DNA from: Chloroflexota bacterium
GTDB lineage: Bacteria > Chloroflexota > Dehalococcoidia > GIF9 > AB-539-J10
Assembly: GCA_013388845.1 (NCBI GenBank)
Contig: JACAEN010000026.1
Span: forward strand, 101,328-165,327
DNA length: 64,000 nucleotides
Direction of reading: 5' to 3'
Each line of letters opens with the position of its first letter. Within the stretch, counting starts at the first letter, position 1. Positions 48,012-58,018 of this stretch are shown in pieces. Made by a program: the position numbers and the translations under genes. The notes below the pieces were generated by a model that ran no database searches, had not been told where the DNA came from, and worked only from the letters and a program-made list of their open reading frames with translations.

Positions 48012-48737
48012 ATGTCTGAGCCACGCTTCTACCGTCACTGGATTAAGGACAGCGGGTTGGTTTCCTTTGAGGTAGCGGTAAAGCAGACAGACCTATACAT
48101 CCGCTCTCAGCGTAATCTGAAAGATAAAGCTCTTGACTCTGTGCTAAAGCACCGTGGCTCTCTCGAGGCGTATATCGGGCATCATCCTCTTTTCCTGACT
48201 ACATTGGAGCCTTATCAGGCTGAAGCCGAAGCCCCAGCCATCGTCAAAGAAATGGCCAGGGTATCTCAATTAACAGGTGTTGGTCCGATGGCTGCAGTAG
48301 CGGGCGCCATTGCTGAAGCAGTAGGTCGGGATTTGCTCGCTTTCTCGCCAGAGGTAATTGTGGAGAATGGTGGCGATATTTTTCTGAAAATATCCAAGAA
48401 GAGGCTGGTAGGTATCTACGCTGGGCAATCCGCTTTTACCAAAAAAATTGCCCTGGAAATCTTGCCCCGAGAAACACCACTGGGCATATGTACATCTTCA
48501 GGGACGGTAGGGCATTCTTTAAGCCTGGGCAGTGCTGATGCTGTTGTTGCTCTTTCCCCCTCGGCTGCTTTAGCTGATGCCGCAGCCACCGCGCTAGGCA
48601 ATATAGTCAGGGCTGCAAATGATATCCCTGAGGCAATTGAAAAAGCGCAAAGTATCGAGGGGCTGTGTGGCGTGGTTATTATCGTGGGCGACAAGATGGG
48701 CGTCTGGGGCAAGGTCAGAATCGTGCCCCTTACTTAG
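48012..48737 (+). CDS. UPF0280/COG2122 ApbE-like protein (homolog of methanogen MA1715-type sulfide-assimilation factor)
   Basis: 241 aa ApbE-like fold, clustered with the COG1900 and NIL-ferredoxin genes. Confidence 0.55.
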   Translation: MSEPRFYRHWIKDSGLVSFEVAVKQTDLYIRSQRNLKDKALDSVLKHRGSLEAYIGHHPLFLTTLEPYQAEAEAPAIVKEMARVSQLTGVGPMAAVAGAIAEAVGRDLLAFSPEVIVENGGDIFLKISKKRLVGIYAGQSAFTKKIALEILPRETPLGICTSSGTVGHSLSLGSADAVVALSPSAALADAAATALGNIVRAANDIPEAIEKAQSIEGLCGVVIIVGDKMGVWGKVRIVPLT

Positions 48738-48778
48738 TTCTTTCTTTTTTGCCTCAAGCAGTGATAAAGTTTTAAGCA

Positions 48779-49714
48779 ATGATAAACTTGCCAAACCTGC
48801 GTGTGCAAATAGCCCCTCGGCATCCTAAGGGGTTAATGTTGTCTAATCCTGTGATGATAGCTGCGGGCATAATTGGCTATGCCACGGAGTACGCTGAAAT
48901 TGCTGACATGCAAAAGTTGGGCGCTATTATTTGTAAGGGGACGACGCTTAGGCCCAAAAGAGGTAATGCCCAGCCACGACTGGTGGAAACTGCCAGTGGT
49001 CTGCTCAATTCAGTGGGCTTGGAGAATATCGGTGTGGATGCTCTGATTAAGGAGAAAGCGCCTGTCTGGGCAAGATGGCGGGTTCCAGTTATTGTTAATG
49101 TGGCCGGGGAAACAATAGACGAATATGTGGCTGTGACAAAAAAGTTGGAAGGCGTGCCCGGGGTCAGTGGCATTGAGCTAAATATTAGCTGCCCTAATGT
49201 TTCCGCAGGAGGGATGGAATTTGGTGTCGACCCCAAGCCTGCCGCTCGGGTAACTTCAGCGGTTAAAGCTGCCACCACCTTACCGGTTATCGTAAAGTTG
49301 AGCCCCAATGTAACCGATATTAAGGAAATCGCTTTAGCCGTGGAAGAAGCTGGAGCCGATGCCCTGTCTTTGATTAACACGCTGAAGGGCATGGCAATTG
49401 ATATAAACCAAAGGAAGCCACGCTTAGGGAATATTGTAGGCGGACTTTCTGGTCCGGCTATCAAGCCTGTAGCCCTTTACATGGTCTTCGAGGTAGCCCG
49501 GGTGGTTCATATTCCGGTGATAGGCTGTGGCGGCATTGCCTGTGCTGAGGATGCTCTGGAATTTATTATGGCTGGAGCCACGGCTATACAGATTGGCACA
49601 GCCTGTCTGACCGACCCTCAAGTCGGTCTCAATGTATTAGAGGGAATGGAGAGTTTCCTAAGGCAGAACGGGGTTAAAAATCTAGCCGACATAATTGGTG
49701 CCGCTCAGGCTTAG
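48779..49714 (+). CDS. pyrD: Dihydroorotate dehydrogenase catalytic subunit (class 1)
   Basis: …NPVMIAAG…GAIICKGTT…NSVGL.N.G…, active-site Cys in ISCPN, …IGCGGI…. Confidence 0.85.
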   Translation: MINLPNLRVQIAPRHPKGLMLSNPVMIAAGIIGYATEYAEIADMQKLGAIICKGTTLRPKRGNAQPRLVETASGLLNSVGLENIGVDALIKEKAPVWARWRVPVIVNVAGETIDEYVAVTKKLEGVPGVSGIELNISCPNVSAGGMEFGVDPKPAARVTSAVKAATTLPVIVKLSPNVTDIKEIALAVEEAGADALSLINTLKGMAIDINQRKPRLGNIVGGLSGPAIKPVALYMVFEVARVVHIPVIGCGGIACAEDALEFIMAGATAIQIGTACLTDPQVGLNVLEGMESFLRQNGVKNLADIIGAAQA

Positions 49715-49860
49715 TTTTTGTAACGATGTTAAATTCTAATTTCGAAGCTCTAAACAAATCCGAGTATCAAAATTCTAAGCTCTAAACTGTTTTGGTCATT
49801 TATATTTTTTGTGCTTTGATATTGTTTAGAATTTGGTGCTTGAGATTTAGGATTTCTTAT
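49715..49860. repeat. AT-rich intergenic repeat element, copy C (more diverged)
   Basis: gctctaaacaaatcc…ttctaagctctaaac…gatattgtttagaatttggtgcttgagatttaggatttc. Confidence 0.45.
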
Positions 49861-50019
49861 CTTCTGCCCCTTGACCATCCTTATGTTGCGCTGAAGATTG
49901 CTTCGTCGCCCTGATTCCATCGGGGCTTAAAATGTTACAGTGCTTAGGATAGGCTCCGCCAAGAATCCTGCGCACAGCTCAGGACGGTGTCCAGAGATTT
50001 TGCAGCGTTCAGCTTAATG

Positions 50020-50799
50020 CTATCTACTTTTCTCTCTGCCTTTCTCTGCCTCACCAGCCTTGCCCAAAAGGGCAGTCATTATATCTATGGGTACGGGGAA
50101 GACTATGGTATTGGTCTTTTCTGTAGTAATGGTAGTCAATGTCTGCAAATAGCGAAGCTGGAGAGCTGAAGGCTGACTGGAAATGACTTTGGCAGCCTCG
50201 GCCAACTTCTCTGCTGCCTGGTATTCACCCTCGGCATGAACTACCTTGGCTCTTCTCTCTCGCTCAGCCTCGGCCTGGGCGGCCATCGCCCTCTGCATTG
50301 TTTGCGGCAGTTGCACCTCCTTAACCTCCACCATGCTCACTTTTATACCCCAGGGATCAGTGCCTTCGTCTACTATCGACTTTATCTTTTCATTGAGCCT
50401 GTCCCGCTGGGCTAGTAACTCATCCAGCGTAGATTGTCCGACGACATTTCTTAGAGTGGTCTGAGCAAGGAGCGAGGTCGCCTTGATATAATCGAGCACC
50501 TTGAGAATAGCATCTGCGGCATTGACCACCCGGAAGTAAACTACGGCGTCAACCCTGACAGTAACATTATCCACGCTGATGCATTCTTGGGCGGGAACGT
50601 CCATGGTGACTATCCGAAGGTCAACTTTCCGCACAGTCTCAATGAAAGGTATAATCAAGACTAAACCTGGCCCTCTCAGACCCACGAATCTGCCCAGTCG
50701 GAAAACGCCCACTCTTTCGTACTCTCGAACGATTTTGATGGCTGCCGATAGAAGTATTATGACTATTACTGCGATAATAAAATAAATGAACCAGGTCAT
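50020..50799 (-). CDS. SPFH/band-7 (stomatin-like) protein
   Basis: N-terminal TM, SPFH core (…RLGRF…GPGL…IPFIE…), C-terminal coiled coil. Confidence 0.85.
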   Translation of the reverse strand: MTWFIYFIIAVIVIILLSAAIKIVREYERVGVFRLGRFVGLRGPGLVLIIPFIETVRKVDLRIVTMDVPAQECISVDNVTVRVDAVVYFRVVNAADAILKVLDYIKATSLLAQTTLRNVVGQSTLDELLAQRDRLNEKIKSIVDEGTDPWGIKVSMVEVKEVQLPQTMQRAMAAQAEAERERRAKVVHAEGEYQAAEKLAEAAKVISSQPSALQLRYLQTLTTITTEKTNTIVFPVPIDIMTALLGKAGEAEKGREKSR

Positions 50800-51101
50800 G
50801 TTTCCTCCTTGTCTTTAGATTTTCTGGTCACCCACAATGTCAATCCTTGGGTCTTGGTTATTATCACCTCCTCTCCGGGTTCTATTGTACTATCTTCAGC
50901 TATGGCTGTCCATAACTCTCCCTCAGCCAGAACCGTGCCCTTGGGATTGAGGGTTGTGCGCACCACAACTTCCTTCCCTATCATCTCCTCGACACCAGCC
51001 GAGAGTTTTCGTTTCTGCCCCTTTACGATGGCGTAAATAACGAAACCAACAAAGGCGACGGCAAATACTATGGCTATGATAATTGGTCCTGTTATCTCCA
51101 T
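50796..51101 (-). CDS. NfeD-like short form (TM + OB-fold)
   Basis: …GKEVVVRTTLNPKGTVLAEGELWTAIAEDSTIEPGEEVIITKTQGLTLWV… matches the NfeD C-terminal OB domain. Confidence 0.7.
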   Translation of the reverse strand: MEITGPIIIAIVFAVAFVGFVIYAIVKGQKRKLSAGVEEMIGKEVVVRTTLNPKGTVLAEGELWTAIAEDSTIEPGEEVIITKTQGLTLWVTRKSKDKEET

Positions 51102-51113
51102 GGCACTACCTTT

Positions 51114-52427
51114 TTATTCCTTTAGTTTCTTAGCCACCCACAATTTCAAGGCTTCCATTTTGGTTATTACTACCTCCTCACCTGGTTCTACTCTACCGCT
51201 TTCCGACGTCGCCGTCCATAATTCTCCCTCGGCTAAAACCGTGCCCGTAGGGTCGAGAGGTGTTTTGGCTATAGCTGTTTCCCCAATCATTCCCTCAGCT
51301 CCGGTCGTCTTGCGTTGTCTTTGCCCACGAATAATAGCGCCGAGGACAAAGATGGCGAAGGCGGTAAAGCCTGCTGCCACCCCGGCGATTAGCCTCCAAT
51401 CTAGCTTTACCCCTGGGCTGTGACTGAACAATATCAGCGAGCCCATAACCAGCGAAGCTATTCCTCCGGCGGTCAATAGCCCAAAGCTAGCAGTGAAATA
51501 CTCGGCGATAAACAGTCCTACTGCCAGTAAAATAAGGGCTATGCCTCCCCAGTAAGCATTAAGCACACCCAGGGAATAAAACGCCAGGAGTAAGCTGATG
51601 CCGCCAATTACGCCGGGGAAAACCAGCCCTGGGCTGGAAATCTCAGTAATTAACCCTATAGTAGCTAGAGTTAACAGTATATAGGCAATGTTGGGGTCGC
51701 TGATGGTTTGCAGGAATCTTTCAACGGCATTCATTTCGTTTCTAGTCGAACCGTAGCTTGTGGTATTGATGGTAACCTCCTCGCCACTGGCTAGTGTAAC
51801 CTTCCAGCCATTGATTTGCGAAATAAGGCTTTCCAGATTCTCAGCTCGCAGGTTGATAAGGTTACATTCCAAGGCATCGACATCGGTGAATGATTTACTT
51901 TGCGTAACTGCTAGCTCAGCCTCTTCCATATTGCGGCCACGCTCTTCAGCTATCGTCTTCATCCACTTAGCTGAGAACTCAACTATTTTTTTCATCTGGT
52001 CTTCGGGTATTTCCTCTCCTCCAGCAGCTACCGGATGAGCAGCGCCGATGGTCGTGCCCGGCGTCATGGCTGCTATGTGAGCTGATAGGGTAATGAAGGT
52101 TCCTGCCGAGGCTGCCCAGGCACCTTTGGGTGAGACGTAAACCGCGATGGGCACATTAGCGTTCATAATCCTCTGCACTATCTTCTCGGTGGAGTCCAGA
52201 AGCCCACCCGGGGTATTTAGCTCAATTATACAGACAGTGGTGCCATGCTCCTCTGCCTGCGTGATGCCCCGGTCAATATAGTCTGCTATCACGGGCACAA
52301 TGGTGCCATCCACGGTCAGGACTTCCACGGTAGTAGGGCTGGCGGCAGCGATCAGACTGCCTCCTAACCCCGCAGCTATGGGCATCACAAACAAAGCTAG
52401 GAAGAAAAACTTAAGCCTCTTTCTCAT
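51114..52427 (-). CDS. NfeD long form (membrane-bound ClpP-class serine protease domain + TM + OB-fold)
   Basis: ClpP-like N-domain, multi-TM middle section, C-terminal OB domain homologous to the short form (…GETAIAKTPLDPTGTVLAEGELWTATSESGRVEPGEEVVITKMEALKLWV…). Confidence 0.75.
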   Translation of the reverse strand: MRKRLKFFFLALFVMPIAAGLGGSLIAAASPTTVEVLTVDGTIVPVIADYIDRGITQAEEHGTTVCIIELNTPGGLLDSTEKIVQRIMNANVPIAVYVSPKGAWAASAGTFITLSAHIAAMTPGTTIGAAHPVAAGGEEIPEDQMKKIVEFSAKWMKTIAEERGRNMEEAELAVTQSKSFTDVDALECNLINLRAENLESLISQINGWKVTLASGEEVTINTTSYGSTRNEMNAVERFLQTISDPNIAYILLTLATIGLITEISSPGLVFPGVIGGISLLLAFYSLGVLNAYWGGIALILLAVGLFIAEYFTASFGLLTAGGIASLVMGSLILFSHSPGVKLDWRLIAGVAAGFTAFAIFVLGAIIRGQRQRKTTGAEGMIGETAIAKTPLDPTGTVLAEGELWTATSESGRVEPGEEVVITKMEALKLWVAKKLKE

Positions 52428-52691
52428 CGTGTTGTTATATTCCGAGTTAATTATAGACTAAGCCATTAAAAGCAACAAAAACCTTCCACTCAATCATTGA
52501 AGCTAGACACAGCTTAGTGTAGAATAGGCTCAATTACCCCACGAAAATCACAAGATTTTCGTGGCGACCCCGGTAATAACCTCAGACTTCATACGGGGTT
52601 CTCGCCGAAATCTTTTGATTCTTGGCGAAGGGGAGATACTTGAAAAGTTTTTTGAGGTTGACTGAGAATGAGGAACCAGAAGTGTAAGGGG

Positions 52692-53912
52692 ATGCAGGAC
52701 TGGCTCCCCGAGGACATGTTACGCTTTCGCCATATTGAAGACGTCTTCCGGATTTGTTGTCGTAACTGGGGCTATCAGGAGGTAAGGACACCAACCCTAG
52801 AATACCTCCACTTGTTTACGGCTACAGGAACACTTACTCCAGGCATGTTGAGCAAGGTATATTCCTTTCTGGATTGGGATGGCTGGAGTGGTGAGCGAGT
52901 TGTCTTGAGACCAGATGGCACTATTCCTGTAGCCCGACTCTACATTGACAGTCTAAGCGGACAAAAATTAGCCAGGCTTTTCTATGTGACTAACATCTTC
53001 GCTTTCGAGGGAACTGGAAAAGAGAATAGAGAGCGCTGGCAGTGTGGTGCTGAATTTTTCGGTGGTGCCAAACCTGCTGCGGATGTGGAGGTAATTCTGC
53101 TGGCTGAAGAAGTTATCTGCAAACTAGGTCTCAGCAATGTCGGGCTGCAATTGTCCCACGCTGGCTTGGTGAAGGCATTGCTCAAAGAGTTTAAGGTCAG
53201 CCCCGCTGAGGAAGCTAAGATGGTGAGCCGCATTTTAGAAGGGGATTGGCAAGCATTAACCAAGGCGAAATCGCCTAACCCCGAGACTGACAGACTTATA
53301 GCTGCGCTATTAGGACTCAAGGGAAAATCGAGCAGCTTTCTACACAATGTAAAGGCTTCATTTCCCAAAGCTTCGCGGGACTTCAAGTCCAGCCTGGAAG
53401 ACTTCATAAGCATCGCCACCTTGCTGGATAACCAAAGTTGCTGCTACAAAATTGATATCGCGGCCATGCATGGCTTTGAGTATTATACTGGAGTCTGTTT
53501 TCAATTCTTGGCAGCTGGGGAAAAAATAGGTGGTGGAGGAAGATATGATAACCTTGTACCCCTTATGAACGGAGAGAACATCCCCGCCTGTGGATTTGCT
53601 CTATATGTGGACCCGATAATGAAACTACTTCCGCTGGAGAAAGAGAAAAAGGGCAAATCCGGAATCCTGGTTAAAGGTCGGGAAGCGACTCCCGAGATAA
53701 TAAAGAAGTGCTTTGCTGTGGCGGAATCGCTTCGTGACGCTGGACACCCAGCAGAGCTTAACTTCACGGGTCGAGAAGAATCCAGCTATAGGTGGGTCGT
53801 CTCGGTTTCTGGAAAAGAGCCGTCTCCGTTTGTGCTCAAAGATTGTATACAGAAGCGACGGCGAGAGGTGGCTTCTGTGGCCGAGATTCTTAAAGTGGTA
53901 AGTGAGGAATGA
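52692..53912 (+). CDS. hisZ: HisRS-like protein, probably the ATP phosphoribosyltransferase regulatory subunit HisZ (HisS not excluded)
   Basis: Class II HisRS-like core (…GMQDWLPEDM…, …RYDNLV…). Its stop overlaps the hisG start. Confidence 0.6.
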   Translation: MQDWLPEDMLRFRHIEDVFRICCRNWGYQEVRTPTLEYLHLFTATGTLTPGMLSKVYSFLDWDGWSGERVVLRPDGTIPVARLYIDSLSGQKLARLFYVTNIFAFEGTGKENRERWQCGAEFFGGAKPAADVEVILLAEEVICKLGLSNVGLQLSHAGLVKALLKEFKVSPAEEAKMVSRILEGDWQALTKAKSPNPETDRLIAALLGLKGKSSSFLHNVKASFPKASRDFKSSLEDFISIATLLDNQSCCYKIDIAAMHGFEYYTGVCFQFLAAGEKIGGGGRYDNLVPLMNGENIPACGFALYVDPIMKLLPLEKEKKGKSGILVKGREATPEIIKKCFAVAESLRDAGHPAELNFTGREESSYRWVVSVSGKEPSPFVLKDCIQKRRREVASVAEILKVVSEE

Positions 53913-55351
53913 AGGACTGCCAAGTTGGATACATAAAAGTCGCCCTGCCTAAGGGTAGGTTTCTATCGCCTACAGCAAGGTTGCTGGCCGAGACAGACCT
54001 GGGATTTGGAGGTTATAGCGATAGAACAAAACAATATCGCCTTTGCTCGACAAGGTTTCCCAATCTTGCGGCCAAGATACTTCAGGAGAAGGATATTCCC
54101 ATACAGGTGGCTGTCGGGAATTACGACCTAGGTATCTGTGGTTTGGATTGGATTGAAGAATTCGTGGTGAAATATCCTGCCGGAGCTCTGGTGAAAATAT
54201 CGAGTCTCAATTATGGCGAAGGCGGCATATATGCGGTGGCCAGCGCTCAGGGTGGGATAGCCAGTCTCGAGGAGTTATCAGCTCGGAGAAACGATTGTCG
54301 CATAGTAAGTGAGTATCCTAATCTGGCTGAGGCTCTTGCCTTAAATCTCAGGATGAGAAGGTTCAGGATTTTTCCGGTGTGGGGAGCTGCTGAAGCTTAT
54401 CCTCCGGAAAATGCTGATTTGGCGGTGCTCTGGGGAAAGAGTGGGGCACAGCTAGTCGCCCGAGGCTTAATCCCTCTTAAGAAGTTACTCCCGGTGACTG
54501 CTTTTCTAATAGCCAATCGGGAAAGTTTGGAGAACAAAGACTTGAGCCAGATATTAGCGTGCTTCGGCTCCAAGCTTACTGCTGAGCCGCCGACATCAAT
54601 AGAAAATGAGCTTGATAGCTTTAAGAAACAGAAGATTGCTCGCCCTTCATGGCCGGCAAGGGAAATCAACCTGGCTTTGCCTGATGGGCACCAGCAAGCG
54701 CCTACTGCGCAGTTTCTGAGGCGGGCTGGGCTGGCACTTCAGGGCTATTCTGAAGAGGTAGCGAGCCGCCGACCCTCCGCTGATTTAGACTGGCTGGGCA
54801 TCAAAGTAATCAGACCTCAGGATATGCCCTTGCAAGTGGCTAACGGCAATTTCGACCTGGCTATAACTGGTGAGGATTGGCTGCTGGAACACCTCTATCG
54901 CTTCCCCTCAAGCCCGGTGAAAAAATTGTTTGCTCTGGGCTTTGGCACCGTCAAAGTCGTGGCTGCTGTGAGCCAGGAAAAAATGCCCGTGAACAATATT
55001 GACGAGTTGAGGTCGCTTGTTCAAAGCAGCCCTGATTACATCGGGGTTCCTCTGAAAGTAGCCTCGGAGTACATAAATATCGCCGACAAATACTTGCGAG
55101 ACAACCGCATCAGTCCCTATAAGCTGATTCCTACTTGGGGGGCGAGCGAGGCTTTCTTGCCCGAGGACGCCGATATGCTTATTGACAACACTCAGACAGG
55201 AAAGACTCTCAAGGAGCACAATCTGAAGATTATTGATGTGCTCTTCCAGTCCTCGGCGTGTCTAATTGCCAACAAGAATAGTCTGAGGTCTTCCGATAAA
55301 AAAGAGAAAGTAGGGTTTGTTACACGGAAATTACGAGCGGGGCTATCGTGA
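53909..55351 (+). CDS. hisG: ATP phosphoribosyltransferase, tandem-duplicated (two short-form HisG-like units fused, 480 aa)
   Basis: Half 1 carries IKVALPKGRFLSPTARLL…VAVGNYDLGICGLDW…ADLAVLWGKSGAQLVARGL. Half 2 carries INLALPDGHQQAPTAQFL…VANGNFDLAITGEDW…DMLIDNTQTGKTLKEHNL. Confidence 0.7.
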   Translation: MKDCQVGYIKVALPKGRFLSPTARLLAETDLGFGGYSDRTKQYRLCSTRFPNLAAKILQEKDIPIQVAVGNYDLGICGLDWIEEFVVKYPAGALVKISSLNYGEGGIYAVASAQGGIASLEELSARRNDCRIVSEYPNLAEALALNLRMRRFRIFPVWGAAEAYPPENADLAVLWGKSGAQLVARGLIPLKKLLPVTAFLIANRESLENKDLSQILACFGSKLTAEPPTSIENELDSFKKQKIARPSWPAREINLALPDGHQQAPTAQFLRRAGLALQGYSEEVASRRPSADLDWLGIKVIRPQDMPLQVANGNFDLAITGEDWLLEHLYRFPSSPVKKLFALGFGTVKVVAAVSQEKMPVNNIDELRSLVQSSPDYIGVPLKVASEYINIADKYLRDNRISPYKLIPTWGASEAFLPEDADMLIDNTQTGKTLKEHNLKIIDVLFQSSACLIANKNSLRSSDKKEKVGFVTRKLRAGLS

Positions 55352-55383
55352 CAAGTCTTCTTTTTTGTCATTGCGAGCCTTTT

Positions 55384-55408
55384 CCCCTCTCCCTTGACGG
55401 GAGAGGGT
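55384..55408. terminator. Hairpin CCCCTCTCCC-ttgac-GGGAGAGGG between hisG and hisD
   Basis: 8-9 bp stem with the same CCTCTCCC/GGGAGAGG core as 21111-21137. Confidence 0.45.
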
Positions 55409-55425
55409 TAGGGTGAGGGTGAAAC

Positions 55426-56748
55426 GTGAAAAGAGTCCAAGGATTCAATAAAGCAAAAAAGTTACTGACCAGGGAAAACTTCTGGGAGTCTTTCACTACT
55501 CCACCGCGGCTGGCAGCAGAAATAAAGCAAGTCTTTGGCCAGGAGCTCTCAGTTCAGGAAGTAGTTGAGCGTATCATCGGCGAGGTTCGGGATAGGGGTG
55601 ATAAAGCCCTCTTGGATTACACCGAAAGACTGGATGGAGTCCGCCTGGACTCCTTGGAGGTAGATAGCCAAGAAGTTGCTGCTGCTTACGAGATAGCGAG
55701 CAAGAAACTTGTCTCAGCCCTCAAATTCGCAGCCAGAAGAATACAGGATTTCCACATTGCCTGCGGGCACAAAGCTGGCCTAATCTCCATCGACAAGCAT
55801 TTAAGCCAGCAGGTGCGTCCTCTGGACAGGGTGGGATTGTATGTCCCTGGTGGTAGTGCTGCTTATCCGTCCTCGGTGCTGATGATGGCTATACCAGCCA
55901 GAGTGGCTGGGGTTAAGGAAGTCATTATGGTTTCCCCGCCTGCTAAAGATGGCAAGATTCCGGCACCCACGTTGGTAGCCGCTGACATTGCCAAGGTCAA
56001 CCGCATTTTCAAAGTTGGTGGTGCTCAGGCTATTGCGGCACTGGCTTTTGGCACCGAATCCATACCTAGAGTGGATAAAATTTGCGGTCCCGGAAACATC
56101 TTTGTCACCCTAGCTAAGAAAATGGTTTATGGCACAGTGGATATTGACGGACTGGAAGGTCCGAGCGAGGTGATGATTGTGGCTGATGAGAAAGCTAAGC
56201 CGGCTCTTTGCGCTGCTGACCTCCTGGCTCAGGCGGAACATGACCCGCTAGCTTCGGTGATTTTAATCACCACTTCGGCTCACTTGGCTGAGCGGGTGGA
56301 GAAGGAAATTGAGGAGCAACTAGGAAAACTAAAGCGGCTCTCTACTATTCGAACGGCTATTGATGCTGGCATGCTTGTGCTTGTGGAGAACATGGCTCAA
56401 GCAGTGGAATTGGTCAATCTGTTTGCTCCTGAGCACCTCTCAATTATGGTTTCTGATGTCTCAGCTTTGGTTTCCAAAATCCGCAATGCTGGCTGTATTT
56501 TTGTAGGCCGGGACTCGCCTGTGGTTCTAGGCGATTATGTCGCTGGTCCCAGCCATGTATTGCCCACTGGTGGCAGTGCTCGTTTCAGCTCTCCGCTGGG
56601 CGTTGCCGACTTCCTGAAAGTCACTAATATTGTTGCCTTGGATAAGCCTGCCATGCGCAAGTTGAGCCAGGCTGCTAAAGTGATAGCTGAAGCTGAAGGG
56701 CTGGATGCCCACGCCCAGGCTGTAGAAAGAAGGATGAGAGCGAAATAA
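55426..56748 (+). CDS. hisD: Histidinol dehydrogenase
   Basis: …[22 protein letters not shown]…, …AQAEHDP…, …[12 protein letters not shown]…. Confidence 0.9.
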   Translation: MKRVQGFNKAKKLLTRENFWESFTTPPRLAAEIKQVFGQELSVQEVVERIIGEVRDRGDKALLDYTERLDGVRLDSLEVDSQEVAAAYEIASKKLVSALKFAARRIQDFHIACGHKAGLISIDKHLSQQVRPLDRVGLYVPGGSAAYPSSVLMMAIPARVAGVKEVIMVSPPAKDGKIPAPTLVAADIAKVNRIFKVGGAQAIAALAFGTESIPRVDKICGPGNIFVTLAKKMVYGTVDIDGLEGPSEVMIVADEKAKPALCAADLLAQAEHDPLASVILITTSAHLAERVEKEIEEQLGKLKRLSTIRTAIDAGMLVLVENMAQAVELVNLFAPEHLSIMVSDVSALVSKIRNAGCIFVGRDSPVVLGDYVAGPSHVLPTGGSARFSSPLGVADFLKVTNIVALDKPAMRKLSQAAKVIAEAEGLDAHAQAVERRMRAK

Positions 56749-56929
56749 AAGATTAAAATGCAAAAGGCAAAAATACAGAGCAAAAATGTGATAAATACTA
56801 AGCACGAAATCTCAAACTCTAAACAAATACAAAGCACGGATGACCAAAATTCGAAACGAGTTTTGATATTTCAATTTAGATATTTGGATTTATTTAGGGT
56901 TTAGAGCTTAGAATTTAGGATTTTCTGTT
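56749..56929. repeat. AT-rich intergenic repeat element, copy D (between hisD and hisC)
   Basis: aaaatgcaaaaggcaaaaatacagagcaaaaatg…ctctaaacaaatac…ggatttatttagggtttagagcttagaatttaggatttt. Confidence 0.55.
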
Positions 56930-58018
56930 ATGGACATAAAAAAACTTATCAGGCCTGAGCTCGTCAAAATGAAGAGTTACACCCCTATCGAGCCTACGGA
57001 AGTTTTGAGCCAGGAAGGTGAATTGCCTTCGGAGAAAATAATAAAGCTTGATGGCAACGAGAATCCTTATAGCTGCTCCCCCAAGGTCTATCAAGCCCTG
57101 GCCACTTATCCTTATTATCATAATTACCCCGACCCGGAGCAAAGAGAGCTACGGAAGGCTTTAGAAGAATATACCGGCTTGGGACGGCAGCACATTGTCT
57201 GCGGCATGGGCAGCGATGAGCTAATTGACCTCATCCTCAGGCTTTTCCTCAAGCCCGGCGACGAGGTTATCAATTGTCCACCGACATTCGGTATGTATCC
57301 CTTTAGCACCGATGTTTGTGGGGGTCAGGTGGTTGATGTGCCCCGCACCGAGAATTTTAACCTTGATATGGTCGGTATAAAAAAGGCATTGACCAGGAGA
57401 ACCAAGGTCATCTTTGTTGCCTCGCCCAATAATCCCACCGGCAACGTCGCTAGCCAGAAGGAAATCTTGGAGCTTGTTGATACCGGCAAGATTGTTGTCG
57501 TGGACGAAGCCTATTTTGAATTTAGCAATGTGACGGTGGCTAACCTGGTGCCCTCTTACCCTAACCTGATAGTCTTGCGCACCTTCAGCAAGTGGGCCGG
57601 CCTGGCTGGCTTAAGGATAGGTTACGGCTTTTTCCCCGTGGAAATTGCTGATTATCTGATGAAGATTAAGCAGCCCTATAACGCCAACGCCGCCGCCCAG
57701 GCTGCGGTGCTAGCTTCCCTGGCCGATATAGAGTACCTTCGTGCTAATGTCGCTAAGATAGTCAGGGAGCGAGAGAGGTTATCGGGTAACCTCAACGAAC
57801 TGGATTGGCTTAAGCCTTACCCTTCGCAAGGAAACTTTATCCTGTGTTCTTTGCCCAAAGGAAAAGCCAAAGAAATCTGGCAACAACTGCGGAAGAAAGG
57901 CATCTTTGTCCGCTATTTTGATACTCCTGAACTAAAGGATTGCCTGCGAATCAGCGTTGGCCGACCTGAGGATACCGATGCTCTGGTTAGGGCATTAAAG
58001 GAGGTTAAACATGGCTGA
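56930..58018 (+). CDS. hisC: Histidinol-phosphate aminotransferase
   Basis: …IKLDGNENP…, the PLP lysine in …RTFSKWAGLAGLRIGY…. Confidence 0.9.
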   Translation: MDIKKLIRPELVKMKSYTPIEPTEVLSQEGELPSEKIIKLDGNENPYSCSPKVYQALATYPYYHNYPDPEQRELRKALEEYTGLGRQHIVCGMGSDELIDLILRLFLKPGDEVINCPPTFGMYPFSTDVCGGQVVDVPRTENFNLDMVGIKKALTRRTKVIFVASPNNPTGNVASQKEILELVDTGKIVVVDEAYFEFSNVTVANLVPSYPNLIVLRTFSKWAGLAGLRIGYGFFPVEIADYLMKIKQPYNANAAAQAAVLASLADIEYLRANVAKIVRERERLSGNLNELDWLKPYPSQGNFILCSLPKGKAKEIWQQLRKKGIFVRYFDTPELKDCLRISVGRPEDTDALVRALKEVKHG

